Source: an uncultured Chloroflexia bacterium (lineage in GTDB: Bacteria; Chloroflexota; Limnocylindria; Limnocylindrales; CSP1-4). Taken from it: DNA of 64,000 nt. This document shows, in pieces, positions 21,817 through 32,342 of the stretch. Under the pieces are notes generated by a model. It was not told where the DNA came from. It saw only the letters and a program-made list of their open reading frames with translations, and made no database searches. Where the stretch lies: contig CAVTHS010000008.1 of NCBI GenBank assembly GCA_963734535.1, positions 320,001 to 384,000 on the forward strand, written 5' to 3'. How positions within the stretch are numbered: the stretch's first letter is position 1; every line of letters begins with the position of its first letter. The translations under genes and the position numbers were made by a program.

Positions 21817-24277
21817 CTACTTCCCTCCTGGTGCACGGCCGGCGGGGACGCCGGTGTCCGCGGCCGACCGGGCCGCCATGGTCGCGGCGGCGATGGCCGC
21901 CTGACCGTAGCTGATTCCGCCGTCGTTCACCGGGACGCGGCGGTTGATGAAGACGTCGAAGCCATCGCGGGCCAGCCGCCGGAGCAGCGCGCCGGCAAGG
22001 CGGCGGTTCTGGAAGACGCCGCCCGAGAGGCAGACGGTGCGAATCCCGGTGGTCGCGGCTGCGTCCGCGCAGAGCTCCCGGGTCAGCTCCGCGATCGTCT
22101 CGTGGAACGCGGCAGCGAGCGGGGCGACGGCGCCGCCGGCCGCCCGGCCGGCGAGCAGCGCGGCGAGCGTCTGGCGCGGGTCGTAGACGAGCAGGTCCCC
22201 CACGCGCTCCAGGGCGTAGGGCAGCGGCGCCGCCGTGCGATCGCCCGCGGCGATCTCGAGGTCGATCGCGGCCTGGGCCTCGTACTCGGCCACGTCGCGC
22301 AGGCCGAGGAGGCTCGCCGCGGCATCGAAGAGCCGCCCGGCCGACGAGGCGATGGGGGCGTTGAGGCCGCGCGCGACCTGGGTCCGGACCACCGCCACCT
22401 CCCGCGGGTCGAGGCGCCCGAGGAAGCCGGCCACGAGGTCGCCGTCGAAGCTCCCGGCGCCGGCGATCGCTGCCCCTTCGGACGGGCCGAGCGACTCCGC
22501 ACCGAGCAGGTACCCGAGCGCCATCCGATAGGGCCGCTTCACCGCGAGCGCGCCGCCGGGCAGCGGGGCACGGCCGAAGCGGGCAACCCTGCGGTACCCG
22601 ACGAGGTCGGCGACGAAGAGCTCGCCGCCCCAGAGCGTCCCGTCGTCTCCCATCCCAAGCCCGTCGTAGGCGACTCCCAGGAACGGCGTGGTGATGCCGT
22701 GCTCGGCCGCGCACGAGGCGACGTGCGCGTGGTGGTGCTGCACGGCGATCCGGCGATCTGCCGGGAACCGGGACACGGCGTACTTCGTGGAGAGGTACTC
22801 GGGGTGGCGATCGTGCGCCACGACCTCCGGCTCCAGCGCGAGGAGCCGGGAGAGGTGCGCCAGCCCGTCCGTGAAGGCGCGGTGGGTGGCAAGGTCCTCG
22901 AGGTCGCCGTTGTGGGGCGCCACGTGCGCCCGCCCGCCGCGCGCGAGCGTGAAGGTGTGCTTCAGCTCCGCCCCCACCGCGAGGATCGGGCGCATCGCCG
23001 CGACCGGGAGCGGGAGCGCCTCGGGGGCGTGGCCGCGCGCACGGCGGACCAGCGATTCGCGTCCGGCCACCACCCGCGTCACGGAGTCGTCGTAGCGGGC
23101 CCGGATCTCCCGATCGTGCGTCAGGAAGGCATCCGCGAGGCCCGCGAGCCGTGTGGACGCGTCCGCGTCGTCGGTGGCCAGCGGCTCGTCGGTGAGGTTG
23201 CCCGAGGTGAGCACGAGCGGCCGACCGACCGCCTCGAGGAGCAGGTGATGAAGCGGGGTGTACGGCAGGAAGATCCCGAGGCGGCGATTCCCGGCGGCCA
23301 CCGACGGCGCCAGCGCGGGCGTGCCACCCCGGCGCCGCGCGACGAGGAGCACGATGGGCCGCGCCGGCCCCCCCAGGAGCGCGGCCTCCGTCGACGTCAC
23401 GTGGCAGAGCGCGCGGGCGGCATCGAGGTCGCGGACCATGATCGCAAAGGGCTTCGCCCAGCGACGCTTCCGGTCGCGCAGCCGGCCGACGGCCGAAGCG
23501 TCCGTCGCGTCGCAGGCGAGGTGGTAGCCGCCGAGTCCCTTGACCGCGACGACCCTCCCGGCCCGCAGGTCCGCGACCGCGGCGCGCGAGCGCGGCCTCG
23601 TCGCGCGCGGTCGGTGCCGCCGCGTCGGTCCGGCGGTACGCCAGTCGGGGCCCACAGGCCGGGCAGGCCACGGGCTCGGCATGGAACCGGCGGTTCGCCG
23701 GGTCCGCGTACTCCGTCGCGCATGCGTCGCAGAGCGGGAACGCTCGCATCGTCGTCCGGGCGCGGTCGTAGGGCAGCTCGTCGATGATCGTGGCCCGCGG
23801 CCCGCAGTTCGTGCAGTTCGTGAATGGGTAGCGGTACCGCCGGTCGGCAGGATCGGCGACCTCCGCAAGGCATTCGTCGCAGGTCGCGATGTCCGGCGGA
23901 AAGAGCCGGTCCACGGCGGCGGCGTCGACGCTCTCGTCGATCGCGAAGTGCGTCGGGAGGCCGGCCGCGGCGCCCGGGTCGAGCGGCACCCAGGTTACTC
24001 GCTCCACCCGCGCACGAGGCGGCGCATCCGACCGGAGGCGCCGGGCGAAGGCGTCGAGCGCGCCGCCGGATCCGGCGGCCTCGATCTCGACGCGGCCGGC
24101 GGCGTTCCGGACCCGGCCGGTGAGCCCGAGCTCGGTTGCGAGGCGCCACACGAACGGCCGGAACCCGACGCCCTGGACCACGCCCTCGACCGTCAGGGCG
24201 CGGGCGCCGGGACTACCCCCGCGCACGCCCGCGGCGGCGTGCCCGCGCCCCTCGCGGGCGTCGATGGGTGCGCTCAT
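21817..24277 (-). CDS. hypF: Carbamoyltransferase HypF (frameshift near 23590)
   Basis: [11 protein letters not shown], zinc fingers (CDEC, CTNCGPR, CPACGP), [23 protein letters not shown]. Confidence 0.95.
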
Positions 24278-24312
24278 GCGCATAGGATGGCCCCAACGCC
24301 CTCCGACCGGAT

Positions 24313-24326
24313 GTGCCGAAGGTCCC
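24313..24326 (-). promoter_or_regulatory. DosR-like box of hypFCDE
   Basis: Minus-strand GGGAC-CTTC-GGCAC lies 23 nt from -10 CATCCT, which is 6 nt before the hypF ATG. Confidence 0.7.
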
Positions 24327-24333
24327 CCGAACG

Positions 24334-24432
24334 GCGGCCATCGGGCCGCCGGACGCGGCCATCGGGCCGCCGGACGCGGCCATCGGGCCGCCGGACGCGG
24401 CCATCGGGCCGCCGGACGCGGCCATCGGGCCG
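24334..24432. repeat. Perfect 21-bp tandem repeat (4.7 copies) with a palindromic unit
   Basis: (GCGGCCATCGGGCCGCCGGAC)n; each unit contains GCGGCC-atcg-GGCCGC. Confidence 0.95.
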
Positions 24433-24489
24433 TGAAGGGCCGGCTCCCGGGCGTGCGGCACGAGGAGGGCGCACCCCTGACAGCGCCTC

Positions 24490-24560
24490 GGGACGTTCGG
24501 CCCTTCCCGGCCCGAGGGACGATGGGGCCGTTTCGGTACCTGATCGCAACCCTTCGGCCC
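24490..24560 (+). promoter_or_regulatory. DosR-like boxes of the 2-oxoacid oxidoreductase operon
   Basis: GGGAC-GTTC-GGCCC at 24490-24503; CAACC-CTTC-GGCCC at 24547-24560 lies 23 nt from candidate -10 GAGGCT. Confidence 0.65.
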
Positions 24561-24624
24561 TATCCCCCCGGTCGCCGCGGGCGGAGGCTCGGGCCAACAG
24601 AGCCAGGCAGGAGGTTCCAACCGC

Positions 24625-24939
24625 ATGATCGCCGTGGCACAGGGCTCCCTCTCGTTACCGGGCGCGGAGTCGCCGGCCCTCGCCGGCCCCGCGCCCGGGA
24701 CCTGGAGCCCACTCCGCATCGAAACCGACCGCTGCAAGGGTTGCTCGCTCTGCATCGGCGCCTGCGCGCACGGTGCTCTCGCCCTCGACGAGACGCGCGT
24801 GAACGCCCTTGGCTACCACCCCATCCGGCTCGTCGACCCCGCCGCGTGCACGAGCTGCGCGCTCTGTGCGCGGGTCTGCCCGGACTGCGTCCTGACTGTC
24901 TTCGCGGCGCCCAAGCCGCGCCGTGGGGCCGTGCGATGA
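24625..24939 (+). CDS. 2[4Fe-4S] ferredoxin-like delta subunit
   Basis: [11 protein letters not shown] and [13 protein letters not shown]; AGGAGG RBS. Confidence 0.92.
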   Translation: MIAVAQGSLSLPGAESPALAGPAPGTWSPLRIETDRCKGCSLCIGACAHGALALDETRVNALGYHPIRLVDPAACTSCALCARVCPDCVLTVFAAPKPRRGAVR

Positions 24940-26094
24940 CCATCGCGACCATTCCGCCGACTCCGCTCCATCACGGCCACCGCGTCCTCATGAAGGGCAA
25001 CGAGGCGATGGCGGAGGCTGCCATCCGGGCCGGCTGCGATGCCTATTTCGGCTACCCGATCACGCCCCAGGCCGAGCTCCTGGAGTGGATGGCCCGCCGG
25101 ATGCCCGAGGAGGGCCGCCCGTTCGTGCAGGCCGAGTCCGAGCTCGGCGCGATCAACATGGCCCTCGGCGCGGCTGCCACGGGCGCCCGGGTCCTCGTCT
25201 CGTCGTCGTCCCCCGGCATCAGCCTCATGGCCGAGGCGATGAGCTACATGGCCGGCGCCGAGATCCCGATGGTCCTCGTCAACGTCATGCGCGGCGGCCC
25301 GGGCCTCGGCGGCATCGGGCCCAGCCAGGCGGACTACTTCCAGGCGACGAAGGGCCATGGCCACGGCGACTACCGCGTCCCCGTCCTGGCGCCGTCCTCG
25401 ATCGGCGAGGCGATGGCGCTCATGGCGGACGCGTTCGAGCTCGCCGAGAGGTACCGGACGCCGGTCTTCGTCCTGGCGGACGGCACGCTTGGGCCAGGCG
25501 ATGGAGCCGGTCGAGCTGACGTTCCGCGAGCCGCCCCGGCTCGCGGGCGAATGGGCGGTCACCGGGGCGGATGGTCGCCCGCCGCGGGTCGTGAAGTCGA
25601 TGCACCTCGAGCCCGAGGACCTCGAGCTGCACAACCAGCACCTCCAGGCCAAGTTCGCCGAGATCGCCGCCCGCGAGGTCCGCTGGGCCGGCGAGAACCT
25701 CGACGGCGCGGAGCTGGTGATCGTCGCCTACGGGACCGCCGCGCGGGTGGCGCGGACCGCGATCTCCCGGGCCCGCGCTGACGCACTGCGAGTCGGGCTC
25801 TTCCGACCGATCACCCTGTGGCCGTTCCCGTCGGAAGCCCTCGCGGAGGTCGCCGTGAACGCGCGTGGCGTCCTCGTGGTGGAGCTGTCGGCAGGACAGA
25901 TGGTGGAGGACGTGCGCCTCGCCATCGAGGGACGACGACCCGTCGCCTTCGAGGGCCGAACGGGCGGCATGGTCCCGACACCGGGCCAGGTCCTGGACGC
26001 GCTGCGCCGGCTCCGCGGGGCGACGGCCGGGGCCACGACGTCCGTCGCCCCAGCGACGCCTGGCGATGCGGCGAGCCAGGAGACCCGGCCATGA
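24936..26094 (+). CDS. 2-oxoacid:ferredoxin oxidoreductase alpha subunit (VorB-type; frameshift near 25490)
   Basis: [49 protein letters not shown]. Confidence 0.9.
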
Positions 26095-26861
26095 CGACCG
26101 AGATCCCGGCGGGCGCTCGCGTCATCTTCGAGCGACCGGAGCTGCTCGCCGATCGCAGCACCCACTACTGCCCCGGGTGCGGGCACGGCGTCGTCCACCG
26201 GCTCATCGCGGAGGTCCTCGGCGAGCTCGGGCTCGGCGCGAAGACCATCGCGGTGGCGCCGGTCGGGTGCGCCGTCTTCGCCTACGACTACATCGGCGTC
26301 GACTTCGTGGAGGCGCCCCACGGACGTGCGCCGGCGGTCGCGACCGGCATCCGGCGCGTCCGGCCGGACGCCTTCGTGCTCACCTACCAGGGCGACGGAG
26401 ACCTGGCGGCCATCGGGACGGCGGAGATCATCCACGCGGCCGGCCGCGGAGAGCTGCTGACGGCCGTCTTCGTCAACAACGGGATCTACGGGATGACCGG
26501 CGGCCAGATGGCCCCGACCACGCTGCTCGGCCAGCGGTCCACGTCGTCGCCCGGCGGGCGGGAGGCCGCGTTCCACGGCTACCCGATCCCGATGACGGAG
26601 ATGCTCGCGATCATGCCGGGCGTGGCCTACGCTGCCCGCGGCTCGGTCGCCGACGCGCCGTCGATCGGCCGGACGAAGCAGTACCTGCGCCGCGCGTGCG
26701 AGATCCAGCTCGAGGGACGCGGGTTCGCGATCGTCGAGGTGATCAGCAACTGCCCGGTCGGCTGGGGCATGACGCCCACGGAGTCGATCGAGCGGCTCCG
26801 CGACGTGGTGGCGAAGGAATACCGCCCCGGCGTCATCGTGGACCGGACGAAGGAGGCCTGA
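26091..26861 (+). CDS. 2-oxoacid:ferredoxin oxidoreductase beta (TPP-binding) subunit
   Basis: YCPGCGHG, YQGDGD...NNGIYGMTGGQMAPTT. Confidence 0.93.
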   Translation: MTTEIPAGARVIFERPELLADRSTHYCPGCGHGVVHRLIAEVLGELGLGAKTIAVAPVGCAVFAYDYIGVDFVEAPHGRAPAVATGIRRVRPDAFVLTYQGDGDLAAIGTAEIIHAAGRGELLTAVFVNNGIYGMTGGQMAPTTLLGQRSTSSPGGREAAFHGYPIPMTEMLAIMPGVAYAARGSVADAPSIGRTKQYLRRACEIQLEGRGFAIVEVISNCPVGWGMTPTESIERLRDVVAKEYRPGVIVDRTKEA

Positions 26862-26864
26862 CCG

Positions 26865-27437
26865 ATGGAACGATCGGTGATCTTCGCCGGCTTCGGCGGC
26901 CAGGGGCTCCTCTTCGCCGGGCAGGTCCTGGCGCGCGCGGCGATGGACGAGGATCGCGAGGTCCTCTGGATCCCGACCTACGGGCCCGAGATGCGGGGCG
27001 GAACGGCCGCCTGCACCGTGATCGTGGGTGACGAGCCGATCGGCTCGCCGGTGGTCGACGCGGCCTGGGCTGCCGTCGTGCTGAACCCGCCGTCGCTGGC
27101 GAAGTTCGCACCGCTCGTGGCGCCGGGTGGCACGCTCGTCGTCAACGCCACGCTCATCGAGGCCGAATCCGGCCGCCACGACGTGGACGAGCTGCGCGTC
27201 CCGTGCACGCGCCTTGCGCGCGAGGCCGGCGACGACCGGCTCGTGAGCGTGGCAGCCCTCGGGGCGCTCGTCGGACGGACCGGCATCGTGGGCGCGGACG
27301 CGATTGCCAACGCGCTGCGGGAGATTCTCGGTCGCAAGCATCCCGAGGCGCTGGAAGCCGACCTGGCGGTCTTCGAAGGCGGACTCTCGTTCGGGCAGGC
27401 CGCGCTGGCGACCGCACCGGCGCCTGCGGCCGGCTGA
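26865..27437 (+). CDS. 2-oxoacid:ferredoxin oxidoreductase gamma subunit
   Basis: AGFGGQG, YGPEMRGG. Confidence 0.93.
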   Translation: MERSVIFAGFGGQGLLFAGQVLARAAMDEDREVLWIPTYGPEMRGGTAACTVIVGDEPIGSPVVDAAWAAVVLNPPSLAKFAPLVAPGGTLVVNATLIEAESGRHDVDELRVPCTRLAREAGDDRLVSVAALGALVGRTGIVGADAIANALREILGRKHPEALEADLAVFEGGLSFGQAALATAPAPAAG

Positions 27438-27530
27438 GCGCGCGCGAGCACTGGACCGCCGCCCGGCTGGGCGGCGGTCTGGAGGCTGAACGGCCGAAGC
27501 GCCGGGCGTGGACCGCCCGGCCCGGGCCCG

Positions 27531-28557
27531 TCAGGCGGGGGTGAGGTCGCGGCGGGGTGGACCAGGAACGCAGCGTCCGCATGTAGTTGGCGCGCTCGAA
27601 CGCCGACGGATCCTCGACCGCCGTCGAGCTCGCGCTGCCCCGGAGCTGGCTGACCGACTCGTACTCGTTCTCGGCCATCCAGGTTCGAAGCGCCGCCTCG
27701 ACGGTGCGGATCTTGTCCGGGCCGTGGCGGAGGATCGCGGACGTCATCATCGCAACGTCGGCGCCGACCATGAGCGCCTTGACGACGTCGGTCGCGGAGC
27801 CGATCCCGGAGGTGGCGGCCAGGGATGCGTCCGGGCCGAGCTGGGGTCGCAGGATCGCGATCCAGCGCATTGGCAGGCGCAGCTCCCAGGGCTGGCTCAG
27901 GTCGAGCCGGGCGACGACCTCGAGCGTGTCGAGATCGAGGTCCGGCTGGTAGAAACGGTTGAACAGGACCAGCCCGTCCGCCCCGGCATCGATGACGTGG
28001 CGCGCGACGTTCGCCATCGAGGAGTAGTAGGGACTGAGCTTGACCGCCAGCGGGATGCTGACGGACGACCTGACCGCGGCGATCAGCGCCAGGTCCGCCG
28101 TCTCGACGTCGGCCGCCGACCTGGCCGGGTCCGCGGCCACGTGGTAGAGGTTGAGCTCGAGCGCGTCCGCGCCGGCGTCCTCCATGAGCTTTGCGTAGCG
28201 GACCCAGCCACCGGTGCTGGTGGCGTTGAGGCTGGCGATGACCGGGACGGCCGACTGGGCCTTGATCTGTCGAAGCCTGGCCAGGTAGCGGTCCCCGGCT
28301 CCGGCGAACGCCTGGATGTTCGGGAAGTAGTCGAGCGCCTCGGCGAAGCTGTCCGTGCCGGCCTCGAGCGACCGGTTGATCTCGATCTCCTCGAAGACGA
28401 CCTCCTCCTCGAAGAGCGATGGCAGGACGATCGCCGCCGCCCCCGCCTGCTCGAGCAGGCGGGCGGATGCGGGCTCGCCGGTCAGCGGCGACGCCGAGGC
28501 GACGATCGGCGAACGGAGGTCGAGACCCAGGTACCGGGTGCGCAGATCGACGGTCAC
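27531..28557 (-). CDS. Dihydroorotate-dehydrogenase-like flavoprotein (nifJ-associated); probable end near 27531 after a homopolymer slip (ORF track runs on to 27154)
   Basis: LRSPIVASASP, PSLFEE, ALELNLY, VKLSPY, LFNRFYQPD, FERANYM. Confidence 0.85.
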
Positions 28558-31500
28558 TCGACATCTCCCTTCGCAGCGGCAGCGGAGTCAGCCATCATCG
28601 GCTCCGCCGTCACGTCGTCCGGCGTGCCTCCCGCGATCGTGGTCGCGGAGTCGGCGTCCGGTGGGAGCTCCGCCTGGGTGCCGGGTTCCATCGGGGGCAG
28701 GTGCGGCACGCTGCGGTGCATCGCCGCGAGCTGCTCGTAGTAGCGCCAGCGCTCGTCGACGTCCGCCTGCGCGAGCTTCGCGAGGTCGGCCGCCCGCTCG
28801 GGCTGGGTGCGGGCGAGGATCGCGAACCGGGTCTCGCCCGCGACGAAGTCGCTGACCGGCATCGAGGGCCTGGTCGAGTCGAGCTTGAACGGCTGGCCGG
28901 ACTCGGTGTCGCTGGGATGGAACCGGTAGAGCGGCCAGTAGCCGCTCTTGACGGCGTCCTTCTGGTGGGACATGGACTTCGACATGTCGATGCCGTGGGC
29001 GATGCAGGTGCTGTAGGCGATGACCAGGGACGGCCCCGGCCAGGCATCCGCTTCGAGCAGCGCCTTGGCGGCCTGCGCGTCGTTGGCGCCCATCGAGATC
29101 TGGGCAACGTAGACGTCACCGTAGGCCCGGGCGACCGCGCCGAGGTCCTTCTTGCCGCGGGACTTGCCGGCCGCCGCGAACTTGGCGACCGCGCCGCGCG
29201 GGGTGGCCTTCGACGCCTGGCCCCCGGTGTTGGAGTAGACCTCCGTGTCGAGGACCAGGACGTTGACGTTGCGGCCGGAGCCCAGGACGTGGTCGAGCCC
29301 GCCGTACCCGATGTCGTAGGCCCATCCGTCGCCGCCCACGATCCACACGCCCTTGCGGACGAGGTCGTTGGCGAGGGCGAGCAGGTGCCGTGCGTCGGAA
29401 CCGGAGTCGCCGTCCATGGCGCCGAGGATCTCGCGGAGGCGCACGATGCGCGCGCGCTGGGCGTCGATGCCCGTCTCGGTGTCCTGGTCCGCTTCGAGGA
29501 TGTCCCGGACGAGGTCCGGTCCGATTGCCGGCGCGAGCTTCGTGACCAGCCGTCGGGCCTGGTCGTTCTGGGCGTCGAGCCCGAGGCGCATGCCCAGGCC
29601 GAACTCGGCGTTGTCCTCGAAGAGCGAGTTGTTCCAGGCCGGGCCGCGGCCCTGGGCGTTCACCGTCCACGGGGTCGTGGGCAGGTTGGCGCCATAGATC
29701 GACGAGCAGCCCGTGGCGTTGGCCACGATCATCCGGTCGCCGAAGAGCTGCGAGACCAGCTTGAGGTACGGAGTCTCGCCGCAGCCGTTGCAGGCCAGCG
29801 AGAACTCGAAGAGCGGCTCCAGCACCTGGGCGCCCTTGACGGTGTCGTGGGCGATCAGGCTCCGGTCGAGCGGCGCGATCGACTGGAAGAACTCCCAGTG
29901 CGGCCGCTCGACATCGCGATGAGCGGCAGCGGGCTCGAGGTTGATGGACTTGTGCTTGACCTCGCTCTTGCTCTTGGCCGGGCAGACGTCCACGCAGACA
30001 CCGCAGCCGGTGCAGTCGTCCGGGGCCACCTGGATCGTGATGCGGTGGTCCAGCAGGTCGCGGGACTTGAACTCCTTGGACTGGAAGCCCGCGGGCGCGC
30101 CCTCGACGGCCGCGGCCGGGTAGACCTTCATCCGGATCGCGGCGTGCGGGCAGACCATGGCGCACTTGCCGCAGTCGATGCAGATCGACGGATCCCAGAT
30201 CGGGAGCTCCAGGGCGATGGCCCGCTTCTCGAACCGGGTGGTGCCGGACGGGAACGTCCCGTCGACCGGGAAGGCCGAGACCGGGAGCCGATCGCCGTCG
30301 CCGGCCATCAGGGTCGCCGTGACCGTCTTGACGAAGTCCGGCGCGTCGGCGGGCACGACGGGGGGAAGGGCGTGGCCGGTCGTGGCCGGGCCGAGCGTCA
30401 CGTGACCGAGGCGGGCGATCGACGCGTCGATGGCCGCGAAGTTCTGGTCCACGACCGCCTGGCCGCGCTTGGCGTAGGTCTTCTCCACGAAGGCCTTGAT
30501 CCGCTCGATCGCCTCTGCCGACGGCAGCACGCCCGAGAGGTGGAAGAAGCAGGGCTGCATGATCGTGTTGATGCGCGTGCCCATGCCCGTCTCGGCGGCC
30601 ACGGCGAGCGCGTCGATGACCCAGAAGTCGATCTTCTTGTTGACCAGGTGCCGCTGGACATCGACCGGCAGCCGATCCCAGATCTCGTCCGGCCCGTACG
30701 GCGAGTTGAGGAGGAACGTCGCGCCGGGCTTGGCGAAGTCGAGGATCTTGATCTTGTCGAGAAGCCCGAACTGGTGGCAGGCGACGAAGTCCGCCGAGTC
30801 GATGAGGTAGGCCGACTTCGTCTGGACAGGCCCGAAGCGGAGGTGCGAGACCGTGGTCCCGCCGGACTTCTTCGAGTCGTAGACGAAGAAGCCCTGCGCG
30901 AAGAGGTCGGTGCCCTCGCCGATGATCTTCACGGAGGCATGGTTCGCCCCGACGGTGCCGTCGGAGCCGAGGCCGAAGAAGAGCGCCTGCACTTCGCCCG
31001 CGGGGCGCGGGGTGCGGTAGTCCACGTCGATCGGCAGGCTCAGGTGCGTGACGTCGTCGTAGATGCCAACCGTGAAGTGGCGCTTGGGCCGGTCCGCCGA
31101 CAGCTCGTCGAACACGGGCCGGATCATGCCGGGTGTCACTTCCTTGGACGAAAGGCCGTATCGGCCGCCGATGACGCGGGGCATCGTCGTGAACGGGGGC
31201 TCCTCGGAGTCCATCTGCTCGGTGAGCGCGGCCACGACGGCCTGGTAGAGGGGCTCCCCGACCGCGCCGGGCTCCTTGGTCCGGTCCAGGACAGCGATCG
31301 CCTTGACCGTCGAGGGGAGGGCGGCCATGAGCGCATCCGACGGGAACGGCTGGAAGAGCCGGACCACGACGACGCCGACCTTCTGGCCGGTGGCGTTGAG
31401 GGCGTCGACGGTCTCCTGCACGGCGCCGGCGGCGGAGCCGATGATCACGATGACCCGGTCCGCGTCCGGAGCGCCGTGGTAGTCCACGATGCCGTAGCGG

Positions 31501-32342
31501 CGGCCGGTCTGCTCGGCGAGCTCGGCCATGACCTCGGTCACGATGCCCGGTACGTTGTCGTAGAACCGGTTCGCGGCCTCGCGAGCCTGGAAGAACGAGT
31601 CCGGGTTCTGGGCCGTGCCGCGGATGAAGGGCGCGTCGGGGGTCATGCCGCGGGCCCGGAAGGCAAGCACGTCATCGTCGCGGATCAGGGACCGGATGAC
31701 ATCGTCCCCCATGATCGCGATCTTGTTGATCTCGTGCGAGGTGCGGAACCCGTCGAAGAAGTGCAGGAACGGGATCCGCGAGCGGAGCGTGGCGGCGTGC
31801 GCGACGAGCGCGAAGTCGTGCGCTTCCTGGACGGAGCCCGCGGCGAGCATCGCCCATCCCGTTGCCCGCGCGTGCATGACGTCGCTGTGGTCGCCGTAGA
31901 TCGAGAGCGCATGCGTCGCGAGCGTGCGGGCCGCGACGTGGATCACCGTCGGCGTCAGCTCGCCCGCGATCTTGAACATGTTCGGGATCATGAGGAGCAG
32001 GCCCTGGGACGCCGTGAACGTCGTGGCCAGCGCGCCCTTCTGGAGCGCACCGTGGAGGGCGCCGGCCGCGCCGCCCTCGGACTGCAGCTCGACGACGTCG
32101 GGGACCTTGCCCCACAGGTTCGGCTTCCCGGCCGCCGACCAGTCGTCGGCGTGCTCCGCCATCGGCGACGCGGGCGTGATCGGGAAGATCGAGATCACCT
32201 CGCTCAGGGCATAGGCGATGCGGGCCGCGGCCTCGTTGCCGTCCATGCACACGAAGACCTTGTCGCGGCTCCGGGCGTCTGGTGTGGCGGGGGCGGCGCC
32301 CGGTGCGGCAACGGGCCGCTCCAGGGGCGTCTGCAGGGTCAT
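28554..32342 (-). CDS. nifJ: Pyruvate:ferredoxin (flavodoxin) oxidoreductase
   Basis: 1262 aa; DGNEAAA, FPITPAS, GLGSDGTV, two ferredoxin motifs, GGDGWAYDIG, YSNTGGQ. Confidence 0.96.
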   Translation of the reverse strand: MTLQTPLERPVAAPGAAPATPDARSRDKVFVCMDGNEAAARIAYALSEVISIFPITPASPMAEHADDWSAAGKPNLWGKVPDVVELQSEGGAAGALHGALQKGALATTFTASQGLLLMIPNMFKIAGELTPTVIHVAARTLATHALSIYGDHSDVMHARATGWAMLAAGSVQEAHDFALVAHAATLRSRIPFLHFFDGFRTSHEINKIAIMGDDVIRSLIRDDDVLAFRARGMTPDAPFIRGTAQNPDSFFQAREAANRFYDNVPGIVTEVMAELAEQTGRRYGIVDYHGAPDADRVIVIIGSAAGAVQETVDALNATGQKVGVVVVRLFQPFPSDALMAALPSTVKAIAVLDRTKEPGAVGEPLYQAVVAALTEQMDSEEPPFTTMPRVIGGRYGLSSKEVTPGMIRPVFDELSADRPKRHFTVGIYDDVTHLSLPIDVDYRTPRPAGEVQALFFGLGSDGTVGANHASVKIIGEGTDLFAQGFFVYDSKKSGGTTVSHLRFGPVQTKSAYLIDSADFVACHQFGLLDKIKILDFAKPGATFLLNSPYGPDEIWDRLPVDVQRHLVNKKIDFWVIDALAVAAETGMGTRINTIMQPCFFHLSGVLPSAEAIERIKAFVEKTYAKRGQAVVDQNFAAIDASIARLGHVTLGPATTGHALPPVVPADAPDFVKTVTATLMAGDGDRLPVSAFPVDGTFPSGTTRFEKRAIALELPIWDPSICIDCGKCAMVCPHAAIRMKVYPAAAVEGAPAGFQSKEFKSRDLLDHRITIQVAPDDCTGCGVCVDVCPAKSKSEVKHKSINLEPAAAHRDVERPHWEFFQSIAPLDRSLIAHDTVKGAQVLEPLFEFSLACNGCGETPYLKLVSQLFGDRMIVANATGCSSIYGANLPTTPWTVNAQGRGPAWNNSLFEDNAEFGLGMRLGLDAQNDQARRLVTKLAPAIGPDLVRDILEADQDTETGIDAQRARIVRLREILGAMDGDSGSDARHLLALANDLVRKGVWIVGGDGWAYDIGYGGLDHVLGSGRNVNVLVLDTEVYSNTGGQASKATPRGAVAKFAAAGKSRGKKDLGAVARAYGDVYVAQISMGANDAQAAKALLEADAWPGPSLVIAYSTCIAHGIDMSKSMSHQKDAVKSGYWPLYRFHPSDTESGQPFKLDSTRPSMPVSDFVAGETRFAILARTQPERAADLAKLAQADVDERWRYYEQLAAMHRSVPHLPPMEPGTQAELPPDADSATTIAGGTPDDVTAEPMMADSAAAAKGDVE

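Noticed and set aside
21461-24283. Apparent HypF-HypC fusion (940-aa ORF)
   Set aside because: Artefact of the hypF frameshift near 23590; hypC has its own GGAGGG RBS and MCLG start
24334-24432. Mini-CRISPR or coding repeat (ORFs reading GPMAASG or GRRTRPS)
   Set aside because: No spacers; it lies in a divergent promoter, and the ORFs crossing it are GC-driven shadows
416-25500. Programmed frameshifting or mass pseudogenisation
   Set aside because: No consistent slippery sites, catalytic motifs are intact, and the distribution fits sequencing error
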